64,000 bases of DNA, from assembly GCF_006345805.1 (NCBI RefSeq), contig NC_043006.1, forward strand, positions 96,410,001 to 96,474,000. The letters are read 5' to 3'. Of the stretch, positions 52,944 to 64,000 are shown piece after piece. This stretch comes from Octopus sinensis (Eukaryota). The notes beneath the pieces are model-generated. The model did no database searches and had not been told where the DNA came from. It worked only from the letters and a program-made list of their open reading frames with translations. The position numbers and the translations under genes are program-made. How positions within the stretch are numbered: the stretch's first letter is position 1; each line of letters starts with the position of its first letter.

Positions 52944-53152
52944 TAATCCTTTCTACAATAAGCATAAGGCCTGACATTTGGTGGGAGAAGGTCAGTCGAT
53001 TAGACCGACCCCAGTACGCAACTGGTACTCAATTTATCGACCCGAAAGGATGAAAGACAAAGTCGACCTCGGCGGAATTTGAACTCAGAACGTAACGGCA
53101 GACGAAATACCTAATTCTTTACTACCCACAAGGGGCTAAACACAGCCGCCTT
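52944..53152 (-). mobile_element. SINE-B dimer remnant
   Basis: Minus strand reads aaggcggc + tgtgtttagccccttgtgggtagtaaagaattag|gtatttcgtc, followed by a short-tail unit. Confidence 0.75.
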
Positions 53153-53669
53153 AAAAGTATGACATATGATGTATACAGCATGGCTGAATAGTTTATAAGT
53201 TAGCATCAGAGCCATAGGAGGCATTTTGGATAAGTCGTTATAAAAGTCCCCGGACAAGCCAAGCCGTGTAAGTGAAACTGAGTGTCTGGAAAGTGCGTAG
53301 TAGCGAGCGTTTGTGACAAGATTCAGCTTTGTCACACACTGTCACACTGAATTCTACCTATGAATTACAATAAGAGTAACATGGTTGTGGAATACGTTAA
53401 TTATTTGATTAGGATGGTTAGTTTATGGAACAACTGGAGCTCGTACTTGGAAATCGACAGGAGAGTCCAACATATATAGAGGGTGCGAGAGCTATTTCAG
53501 AAAATATTTGCTAATTTAGTCAAACATCTTTAATCTAGAAAAAAACAGATATATTTTAATAAAAATTTTAAGGTTACTTCCAAAATCCAGAGCCTGCATG
53601 TATGTTACAGTGTTTCGTAAACAAATACGTAAAATAATTCAATCGGAAATAGAAAAATTAGGGAGTGGG

Positions 53670-53712
53670 GGGTACATGCATATTTCAAGGTTCATTGTCC
53701 TTTCATCAGCGC
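53670..53712 (-). ncRNA. Hammerhead ribozyme-like core, stem I mismatched
   Basis: GCG CTGATGA AAGG ACAATGAA CCTT GAAA TATGCATG TA CCC. The core is intact, stem II is 4 bp, and stem III contains the palindrome ATGCAT. Confidence 0.45.
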
Positions 53713-53949
53713 TTCATTTGACTTATCAACTATCCACGACATATATTGCTTAAATAACTATTTCGTTTAGTGGTATAACATAATCGGATAGAACAATTTG
53801 CATATTACACATATTCGTAACAACTGGTACATATATTTAATTGCTGGTACTGTTAACACACAGTAAGACACAGCATTGACTGGATAAGCTTATAATATAC
53901 TTAGTAGTATATTATGGGTCCAAAACGAAATACTTTTGCCTTCCCAGAA

Positions 53950-54320
53950 ATTAGATTTTGATGAAAAGTTGTGCACAAGTTCTTTGGCGATGGCCCACAT
54001 CGATTTTCCGGGAATGAACTGCGGTGTCCTTACAGTGACCGAATGTTTAATGTTTTCTTGTTTCTTTTTTCTTTTTTGATACATCTGAAACATTCCCGCT
54101 AGAGTTTTACAATATCATCTGAAGCTTGCCTACACAAAATCTTGCAACATTTAGAAGGTTGGCAGTTTTTAAATTGTGTTCTGCACATATCACAATAAAG
54201 ACAACATGCTTTTTTTCTCATGTGTTACTGTTTTATCTGCAGGAAATAAAAGCCTAATAATTGGTTTGAATGGACAAATATATTGACTGTTAAGTGTCCT
54301 CAAATACCCCTCAAATGCTG
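53950..54320 (-). mobile_element. maT-like Tc1/mariner 5' remnant
   Basis: Translation AEHNLKTANLLNVARF..GNVSDVSK..TVRTPQFI..PGKSMWAIAKEL matches the N-terminus of ORF 62729-63244. The terminus tgtcctcaaatacc...ctg|ta is shared with 63205-63233. Confidence 0.7.
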
Positions 54321-54927
54321 TACGTGTGTGTGTCTGTGTGTGTGTGCACGCATGTGTGTGTATGTGTGTGTATGTGTATATATGTGTGTGCGTGGGGGAT
54401 TAAATTGAAGTAACTATTTTAAATCTAGTCTAAGAACAATCGCAGGACACGTACGAATGGGATGCTTCAGTAGTGAGAGTAGAATCTAGTTTACTTTTAA
54501 AGTCGGTGTCGAACGGAACTTCAAGGTGTTACCTAACAATTTATTCGATCAGAAATACACATATATATGTTGCTTTTTATTAACAAGTCTTGCAGAGATG
54601 TACTTACATAGCAAGTGATCTGATCTGAGATCGTGTGCTGGAACGAAAACAATTGCAGCGTGGAAGGTGTTTACATCTCATTTAAGAAACATACAAAAAC
54701 CGATAGATTCACTTCAACATTTAAATTTAATTTGCCAAAATATTTTCGTCGCTTTGAGACCGCGACCTGTTGAAAAAAAAGAATACACTGAACTGTAGGG
54801 ATAGAAAATGCAACGTTGGGAAAGAGTCTTTCTTCAGGGAAGAGACAAATATGGATACATACAAACATACACACACACACACACACATACATACATGCAT
54901 ACATACATACATACATACATACATACA

Positions 54928-54959
<32 letters not shown>

Positions 54960-55123
54960 CAATCTGCCAGAATGGCAAATAGACCATGCGCGCTACGTTA
55001 TGTATGGAAATCAAACGAAACCCAAAAAATTATCTTCATTTGTCAAGCAGATATATTCTTTCCTACAAGGTCTAACCACTTAGTTATTGCGAGCAAAAGT
55101 AGTAAAGATATATTTATAGAAAA

Positions 55124-55519
55124 CTAGCAGTATCGCCCGGCGTTGCTCGGGTTTGTAAGGGAAATAACCATATAAGCATTTTTAGAGAGTTATAGCAAAA
55201 AAAATAGAAAAAAATACATTAAAAATGGAAAAAAATGATGGTAATTTTTTAAAATCGTTGATCATCGTAGACATTTTTAGAGAGTTACTTCCCTTATATA
55301 ATAGCGAAAAGATTCATTAAAATGGAAAAAAAATGATGGTAGTTTGTTTTTTTAAAATCGTAGACTCATCGTAGACGCGCGCTAATACCCAGAAGGGCTC
55401 GATATGAATCACGACTATAAGATACCCGGTTTTGGTTAAACTGCACCGCAAAATGTGGGAGTAGTTAGGAATCTAAATCGTAGGAGACAGACACACAACT
55501 TCACTTTTATATAAAAAGA
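55124..55519 (-). mobile_element. Non-autonomous Helitron, copy 3 (396 bp)
   Basis: Same termini and A|T insertion site. Internal structure matches copy 2. Confidence 0.85.
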
Positions 55520-55786
55520 TTAACTAATAGTCATGTTAATTTTCTGTGATTTTAAACAATCAAGTTTTCGAGTCTATTATATTATATGATTTCGAGTTAT
55601 ATATTTAATGACTACCAATAACGAGACTGAGCTGGTTATAATAAATTCAGTCTAGGAATATGTCTGCGTAATCGTGACGTACTGGCAGGCGGTCAGACAA
55701 GCAGAAAGACTTATTTGAAACAAACAATACAACAATACAGTATTTGTTAGCAGAATATTCTGCTCCGTTTACATTTCCCATGTAAG

Positions 55787-55819
<33 letters not shown>

Positions 55820-56092
55820 ACACACACACATATATATATATATATACATGTATACATATATATATGTGTGTGTACATGAGTGTGAATATATGCATTTGTG
55901 TACAGAATATTTATTCAGTTTCAGAAAGGTTAAGATAATTAATCAATCTTTCTATCATTGTATGTATGTACTGTATGTATGTATGTATGTATGTATGTAT
56001 GTATGTATGTATGTATGTATGTATGTATGTATGTATGTATGTATGTATGTATGAATGTATGTATGTATGTATGTATGTATGCACACAACCAA

Positions 56093-56123
<31 letters not shown>

Positions 56124-57737
56124 CATTCACATTCTGCTCTGTGTGTATGTGTTTGCGAGTGAGAATACTCGTGTGTGTAAATATTTGTGCCTCTATGTAT
56201 TTTGGGGTAACAAGTTCGGAGTATTATTTAATCTTTTGGCCAATCATTTTACATAATTCATTATGCAACGAAATGCTTGAGTGTTCGTGTGCGAGTGTCC
56301 TTACTTTTCTATGTGTATATATATTTACATATATATATATTTATATACATACATAAGTGTGTGCGTGTGTGTATACGAATAGACAAAAGTATAATATATA
56401 ATGTATACCATCTGTCTCCTCTTTATGTAATCATGTCTCATACAGTTGAAGTCAATACGTTATTATTTATCACTTAACCATTCCTGTAGTGAGTAATGGA
56501 AACTGACAACCATGGTGAAATAGGTCCAATCCCGGCATGGTGTTCTTCTCACATTCCGTATTGTGTCTACTTACCTAGGTTACGGGTTAACCAATTTCTC
56601 CAGTCCATCCACCTGATGATCCCACGAAGCTGTTCAAGGACATCAATGACGTCATCAAGTATTTACGGGAGCTTCCACAGTCCAGGGACGGAGCCCCTTT
56701 CAACAACACAACAATTCAGATAATATAATGGTTCAAATTTTGGTACAGGGCAATCTGGTTTTGAGGGGAAGAAGCAAGTTGATTACATCAACCCAAGTAC
56801 TTGACTGGTACTTTATTTTAACCACCCTGTAAGGATGAAAGATAACATTGAACTCGGGCGGATTTGAACTCGGCACATAAAGAACCGGAAGAAATATTGC
56901 CAAGCATTTTGTCCGAATCTGAACGCTAAAGATTCTGAAATGTTCCGACTACACTGCAGCAGTCACTAGAGTAGGGACCTAAGAATTTTATTGTTTCTAC
57001 AATGGTTGCTGCATTTCTGAAAAACTGAACTGTGCCCCTTCACACGAAAGCTCACTTGGTGCATCTCTCGCTTCCTGTTTATCGTGTATTTTATTTTTGT
57101 TTAAAGGTACTTTATTTTTTATTATCCCTAGAAGGATATAAGACAAAGTTAACCTCAGCGGGATTTAAACTCAAGATTTGTTCCTTATTTAGACACAAGG
57201 CCAGCAGATTTTAGAAGAAAGTTTAGTTGATTAAATCAACCTCAGTAATTGATTTATATTTTATTTTATCGATCCTGAAGAGATGAAAGACAAATTTAAC
57301 CAACGTAGTTTTTGAACTTCGAAAGTTAAAGACCAGGACAAATATCGAAAGCATCTTGTCCGACGCCTGATGCTTCTACCACGCCACCACCGCTTTTCCC
57401 TCTTAATTAATGAGATGACGACGTAGAATTTATGTCCTTAATTCCTCTCTCTTCACAGCGGTGCTAGACAAGTTTAAATGTTAGAAATTGCCCAACATTA
57501 TTTATTAAGCATGGCAGTTTATCTGCCCCTTTTCCCATTCTTACATCACAAACATCGCTGCCTTTTAGCATTTTAATTCTGGCCGAAAGCTGTAGCGCTG
57601 TTGCAGATTATTTTGTCTTTCATTCTTTCAGGGCCGATAAAATTAGCACCAGCCATCGTTGGCATTTAACAGACCGTACCCTTCGTCAATACGAGTAAAA
57701 ACATTACTTAAATTAACATACGTACTTGAAATAGTAG

Positions 57738-58117
57738 GAGCACTCCGTCGGTTGCGACGATGAGGGTCCCAGCTGATACGATCAACGGAACAGCTTGCTC
57801 GTGATATTAACGTGCAAGTGGCTGAGAACTCCACAGACACGTGTACCCTTAACGTAGTTCTCGAGGAGATTCAAGTGACACACAGAATGTGACAAGGCTG
57901 GCCCTTTGAAATACAGGTACAAGAGAAACAGGAAGAAAGAGCGAGAGAAAGTTGTGGTGAAAGAGTACAACAGGGTTCGCCACCACCTCCTGCCGGAGCC
58001 TCGTGGAGCTTTAGGTGTCTTCGCTCAATAAACACTCACAATGCCCGGTCTGGGAATCGAAACCGTGATCCTCCGACCGTGAGTCCGCTGCTCTAACCAC
58101 TGGGCCATTGCGCCTCC
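57738..58117 (-). mobile_element. SINE-C, full length with TSD
   Basis: tRNA-like head at 58117 and a tail ending gacggagtgctc. gtacttgaa is duplicated at 57722-57730 and 58118-58126. Confidence 0.85.
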
Positions 58118-58814
58118 GTACTTGAAGTAACTTTAGACTAAAATAACGATGTATGGAACATTTTATAATGTATTTAAACACGTAGAACTGCACTAAATGT
58201 AATGTCTTGTCTCAGAGATACTTCTCAAACAGACTTGTGCGATAAATATACTTAGAGCACGCTCAGAATATCGTCAACCATGGTGTTTCGAAATACTTTA
58301 GTCTCCTCAATGAAGAACACATTCAAACAATCTGAACTAGGCCGAAAAGCTGGCCAGGTTAAAATTAAATTGACATACGCACTTGAAACAACATTATATT
58401 GAAATGATGATTTGTAAAATATTTGTAATGCATACACAAACGTTGATCGGCGCTAGTTGTATTATTTTCTCTCGGAGAAATTTCTCAGAGAAATTCGTTT
58501 TTTTAATGCTGTACCCCACTCTTCCGTTTCTGCAAAAAATGCTAGAAATTAGTATTAATTTACGAGATTGTGTCGAACTAGCAAAATCGTTAGGCGTTGG
58601 GAAAATGGTTTGCAGTATTTTTTCTGTCTTTCGTTTTTATTAAATTTTAAATTTTACTGTTATTAGTTCAAATCCCGCTGTAATCAAATTTGCCTTTCAT
58701 CCCTTCGATATCGATAAAATATAGTACCAGTCATGTACTGGGATCGGTGGAATCGAATAACTCCCTCCACTTAAAATTGGTGGTTATTGTGTCTAAATTG
58801 AACCCCAGTTGTGA

Positions 58815-59121
58815 AGGTGAGTGACTTAGTGGTTAGTGTATTCGGCTCACGATTGTAAGATTGTGAGTTCAATTCCCGGCAACGCATTGCGTCCTTGAGC
58901 AAGACACTTTATTTCACGTTGCTCCAGTCCACTCAGCTGGCAAAAACGAGTTGTACCTGTATTTCAAAGGGCCCAGCTTGTCGCGTTGAATTTCCCTCAA
59001 AAGTACGTTAAGGGTGCGTGCGTCTGTGGCGTGCTCAGTCCCTTACACGTTAACTTCACGAACCGGTTGTTCCTTTGTTCGGATTAACTGGAACACTCGT
59101 CGTCGTAACTGACGGAGTGCC
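58815..59121 (+). mobile_element. tRNA-derived SINE-D
   Basis: Head gtgacttagtggttagtgtattcggctcacga..gagttcaattccc, then ccttgagcaagacactt. The 3' block (gtacctgtatttcaaaggg...gacggagtgc) is shared with SINE-C. Confidence 0.8.
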
Positions 59122-59806
59122 ACACCTCAGTATTAAATAACGTCCAGTGTGCGTTCTGAGTCCAAATCCAGTGAGGGTCGTATACTCTTTTATCCGTCTT
59201 GAGTCATAGCATCACTACCTTTTTTTTTAAATAAATTAAAAACAATAAACAATAAATAATAAATAAATTGTAGTTTATTCTTATGATTATTGTTTTGGTG
59301 AGAGTGGATTGTCAGAATCAGCAGAGCATCGGAGAGAATGTCTCAAAGTGTTGTGTCATGCGGATCTCTGCGTTCTGGACCGAATTCTTGCCTTGGTCAA
59401 CGTTGCATTTCATTCTTCTTGGATCGATAAAATAAGATACCTCATGTACTATTTTGGTAGTTCCAACGAACCCTTCTCGCAAATTTCAGGTCTTATACCT
59501 ATATCAGAACTGATAGTTCTTTCGGTAACGTTTGTGCATTGGACAAAATGCTTAGCGGCATTTCTTGTGGCTCTCCACGTTTTGAGTTCAAATCCTGCTG
59601 TGGTCAACTTTGCTATTCATCTTTCTGGGATCGATAAAATAAGTACCAGTCAAGTACTCACCCGTTTCCCTAAAATTACTTCAGAAATTATAAATAGTCC
59701 TAGCAAATATAAGTTTAAGAGAAACACATACATATTTATCTATACACACCGACACGTATGTTCACACACATGTACGCTCATGCGTATTTATGTACATGTA
59801 CACACA

Positions 59807-59871
<65 letters not shown>

Positions 59872-59874
59872 GAT

Positions 59875-59906
<32 letters not shown>

Positions 59907-60180
59907 AACATCTAACGGTAAATATATGTGTGTATATGTATATAAGTATAGAACTATATATACGTATATGTATACATACACACACACACACGCGCACACA
60001 CACATATACACATATATGCGAGTATATATATATATATGTATATATATTTATATACGAGTTAATCTTTTAATGCCGTTCTTATTCCTAAGTAACTAATTTA
60101 TCTTCCATTATTCATTAAATAAATGATTTGTGATTATTGTAATTTATTACTCATTCTAGTAAATTAGATTTCACATGTTA

Positions 60181-60245
<65 letters not shown>

Positions 60246-61657
60246 TGTGTGTAAGAATGCGCGTCTCTCTCTATATATATGTGAGTGCATGTGTATATGG
60301 TTTGATTGTGTAGTACTGTGCGTATGAATATGCGTATATTTATTTGTGTATATATTCTGTGTGTGTGTACTTCTCTTCGTGCCACACTTTTCTACTTATG
60401 TTTCTCATTTCACTACATTGCTGTCCATTGTTTGTAAAATTCGAACTTATCCTCGTTGGCCGCCATATACACATTCGTTTTCATTCAGTTTTACGCTTCA
60501 TCATATATTTTGACTGAAGCAGACGACAATGAGACTGAACCCATACCGACTCATACGCATACGCACACAAACACACACACACGCACACACAAAGGCATTC
60601 TCACCCATACGCACACACGAACAAAAGAACGAATAAACAAACGGCTAGAACAATCAATGAATAATTTAATGAATTAATGAGTTTATCAGATAATCTTGTA
60701 CCTGCCAACCACCAGTAAGTGGTACTTGAGCTTACCAGAAATAGAAGTCATTTCTCCCTAAACATATATTTTGTATGCCCCCTCCCCCCGCCCGGCCGAC
60801 ATAATGAATAGTGTTGCCAGTGGTGTAACAGACGAAATTGTGACGGAACCGGTTTACAAAACCAGGACTTACACCGGGGCTAAACAGTACCAACTATACA
60901 AGTGCCAATCAACAGAAATGACCAAAGAGGGAGCATCTATGCGGCTATTTAATCCACTATGAACATTTCCCCTACTATTCTCCCTCTCAACTAAAAAAAA
61001 AATGAAAGAAACAGGCGTATTGTTATCAAATAGAATTCAAACTATCTCTTTAAAGGGTATCAGAGGTGAAGATAAAGGTTGCCTTCTCGAGTTATGCCGA
61101 CTTACAAGGGCCGGTTTCCCGACTCCTATGGCATATAAATTTCCCACCTGGACGGGACGCCTGTCCGTCGCAAAATTACTCATTTTAGCAGCTGAGTGGA
61201 TTTTCTCACATTCAAGAATATAAACACGTTTTTAAGCACAATTCACGCAGAGTTTAAAAGAAACCTTACTTTTCGCCAGCACCTTGGTTGGCAGTGCTCT
61301 CTCTCCATAGCATGCAACTTCCTATCTCGGACATGTGAACATGTGCACAACAGCCAAACACCACGTCGCTGGAACCGTGAGGCGCATAGTTCTATACAAG
61401 GATTTTTGTATTTTTTTCATAAACCAGGGAATGGCTACAGACATTAAGCTTGAGGATTATATAATGTATAAAGAAAGAATTAAAGCAAAAAAGGACTCAT
61501 TATATTGAATATTATCGATAATGTCGAGTGGAAATAGTGGGTGCTGCAGTTCCGCAGTGCCTATACACGAACCGCTACTACATGCATACATACATACATA
61601 CATACATACATACAGACATACATACATACATACATACATACATACATACACACACAC

Positions 61658-61692
<35 letters not shown>

Positions 61693-61760
61693 CATACATA
61701 CATACATACATACATACATACATACATACATACATACATACATACATAACTATATATATA

Positions 61761-61974
61761 TTTCTTTACTGCTCACAAGGGGCTAAACATAGAGGGGACA
61801 AACAAAGACACGCAAAGGGATTAAGTCCATTGCATCGACCCCAGTGCGAAACTGGTACTCTATTTATCGACCCCGAAAGGATGAAAGGCAAAGTTGAACT
61901 CAGAACGTAGCGACAGACGAAATACTGCTAAGCATTTCGCCCGGCGCGCTAACGTTTCTGCCAGCTCGCCGCCT
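61761..61974 (-). mobile_element. SINE-B, long-tail form
   Basis: Minus strand aggcggcgagctggcagaaacgttagc through tttagccccttgtgagcagtaaagaaa. Confidence 0.82.
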
Positions 61975-62054
61975 ACTATATACATAACTATATATAGAGT
62001 TCGTAAAATATGTGAGGAACATTTATGTTTATAAAAAAAAAGAGATTTATAAAA

Positions 62055-63231
62055 TAACAGGTAACAGCTATATTTATCAAAAAATGCTATGTGAATAAAA
62101 TAAACCTTTTCTATAATGTTATTCAATAAAGCCACCTTCAGCTTTATTCAGCTTCAGTGAGATCTAAGACATCTACATGCTCGAATCAAGTGGTCCTGGT
62201 TTATTTTGGATATTATTCTGACTATGGCGGCTTTCAAAAAAATGTTGGTGCTATGGGCACGTTCATTGATCTCTCTTTCAATAACGATCCACATGCAATA
62301 GTTCAATGGATTGAGATCTGGGGAATGAGGAGGCCAAATGTTAGGGGTTATGTGATCATGAAAATTTTCAGCCATCCATTGCTGTGTTACTAGTGTGTGA
62401 TAGTGCAAAGTCTTACTGAAATACATACGTCCTTCCATTGCATACATTGTCTATCCGGGACTTAACAATTATTTCTAGGACCACAATGTAGGTGGCAGAG
62501 TTAACTCTAAAACCTTGTGGAAAGGAGGCATCACATGTTCTTCATTGCTGACAAACCCTAAAACCATGACAGCTGCAGAAAATTTTGTATGGAACTTCAG
62601 AAGGGTCTGCACATAACAATCTGTCATTTCTTTTGTTAACGTTTTGATCGTGGTCGAAGTTTTTCTCGTTTGAGAAAAACCAAATCAAATCTTCTTCAGC
62701 TGGATTTTACAGTTTATTTAAGAGCCTTTTAGATCTGATGAAGTGATTTTCTTTTGCTTTTTCTGACAAATTGACCTTTCCTCACCCTATAAGATTCACA
62801 TCTGATGTCTTCTTGGACAACATTTCTGACTGTTCCTTCTGACACATGGAGATCTTTTGCAATTGATGTCATGGATGTTCTGGGATTGGAATCAATGGTC
62901 TGTTGAACCTGCTGGATAAATTCAGGTGTTTTGATGATTTCAGAGCGATTAGAATACTTTTTATGCTTTGATACTGGTGATACATTTCCATCTTCAGTCT
63001 CTAACACCTTACAAAATTTGTAGACAAAAGATGTGGCAACTTTTAAAAATCGAGATATTTCTAAATCTCTATGCTCAGCCTTTATAAGCACCATAACTGC
63101 AAGACTTTTCATTTCTTGAGTAAGCTGAGGGTCTGCCATTATGATTTTCTGAAACAAAGAACATACAGAGTTAGCAAAAATTGCAGCAATAACTCCAAAA
63201 ATGTATGTCCTCAAATACCTTATGCACCCTG
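62055..63231 (-). mobile_element. maT (DD37D-like) Tc1/mariner transposon, decayed
   Basis: ORF 62729-63244 (HTH-like; IKTPEFIQQVQ..NPRTSMTSIAKDLHVSEGTV) and ORF 62154-62447 (WPPHSPDLNPLNY). The 5' end is ta|cagggtg. The left boundary is approximate, and DD spacing cannot be counted because of frameshifts. Confidence 0.8.
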
Positions 63232-63374
63232 TACATACATGCAATTATATGCATATACATACATGCATAGAGTCATATATACTAAACAGCAGAAAAAAAG
63301 TTTGCATAATAACTCAAGGCCTAAATGTTTTGAAGAGAAACAGTTCTGGAGCCAATTTTATAGGTAATATACAC

Positions 63375-63712
63375 GCACACGGCTCAGTGGTTAGAGTGTC
63401 AGGCTTACAATCATGAGGTAGTGAGTTCGTTTCCCGGGCCGGGTTGTGTGTTCTATTCTTAAGCAAGACGCTTATTTCATGTTGCTCCAGTTCACTCAGC
63501 TGTAGAAAAGAATAGAGATGTTACTGGTGCCAAGCTGTATTGGCCCCTTTTGCCTTTCCTTTGGATAACATCGCTGGCATGGATATTGGTGAGTGGGATG
63601 CATGGGCGACCGCTGGCCTTCCACAGAAACAACCTTGCCTGGACTTGTGCCTAGGAGGGGAACTTTCTATGTGCAATCCCATTACCATTCATGACCGAAG
63701 TGGGGTCTTTAA
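63375..63712 (+). mobile_element. SINE with D-type head and a different 3' body
   Basis: ggctcagtggttagagtgtcaggcttacaatc..gagttcgtttccc and aagcaagacgcttatttcatgttgctccagttcactcagctg match SINE-D; the downstream sequence is unrelated to 58815-59121. Confidence 0.65.
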
Positions 63713-63732
63713 CTTTTTATACTTAAATATAT

Positions 63733-63888
63733 AGGGGTTAGGAGCGGCTGTGTGATAGGTAGCTCCCTTACCAACCACATGTTCCGGGTTCAGTCCCACT
63801 GCGTGACACTTTGGGCAAGTGTCTTCTACTTTAACTTGGCCGAAAAAGCAAGTGGATTTGGTGGACGGAAACTGAAAGAACCCCGTTG

Positions 63889-63890
<2 letters not shown>
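63733..63890 (+). mobile_element. SINE-A 5' half, diverged
   Basis: aaccacatgttccgggttcagtcccactgcgtgacactttgggcaagtgtcttctact. Confidence 0.75.
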
Positions 63891-63973
<83 letters not shown>

Positions 63974-64000
63974 TATAATATATATATATAGATATTATAT

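Larger units (their letters stand above)
56725..59690. mobile_element. Cluster of old, diverged SINE-B copies (about 56725-56940 -, 57165-57390 -, 57560-57645 +, 58570-58800 +, 59310-59470 +, 59520-59690 +)
   Basis: Degenerate versions of the ttcatc.tt..ggg.tcgataaaataag block and of the head motifs. Boundaries are approximate. Confidence 0.6.

Noticed and set aside
54743-54771. Half hammerhead-like motif (GTCGC...GCGAC-GAAA-ATAT) on the minus strand
   Set aside because: No CUGANGA box is present and the repeat is truncated at that point.
49741-58117. tRNA genes suggested by A/B-box-like heads (for example 58045-58117 and 50105-50175)
   Set aside because: There is no acceptor-stem pairing, and the heads continue into shared SINE bodies, one with a TSD. 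They are SINEs.

Overview
Eukaryotic, AT-rich DNA with dense microsatellites and no host protein-coding gene that I can support. Nearly all ORFs in the supplied track are translations of simple repeats. The repeat content looks like an octopod cephalopod genome; this is an inference from recalled SINE sequences, not a search result. The window is a mosaic of mobile elements: dozens of tRNA-derived SINE copies (labelled here A-D); an L1/Tx1-type LINE at 14.1-16.8 kb whose RT domain is deleted, plus two older fragments of the same type; four decayed restriction-like-endonuclease (R4/Dong-type) LINE fragments next to (TAA)n arrays; a DD41D (rosa-type) and two maT-like Tc1/mariner remnants; three copies of a ~400 bp non-autonomous Helitron; and several (TA)n-embedded foldback elements. 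The most notable observations are: (1) a complete minimal type I hammerhead ribozyme at 38277-38320 inside a foldback, with several further variant or decayed hammerhead cores of unrelated sequence, the signature of Penelope-like elements; (2) a 3' tail shared between SINE-B and the Tx1-type LINE, suggesting a SINE-LINE pair; (3) SINE-B dimers that repeat the same junction at three loci; (4) a short coding-like island resembling an NPF/NPY precursor relic.
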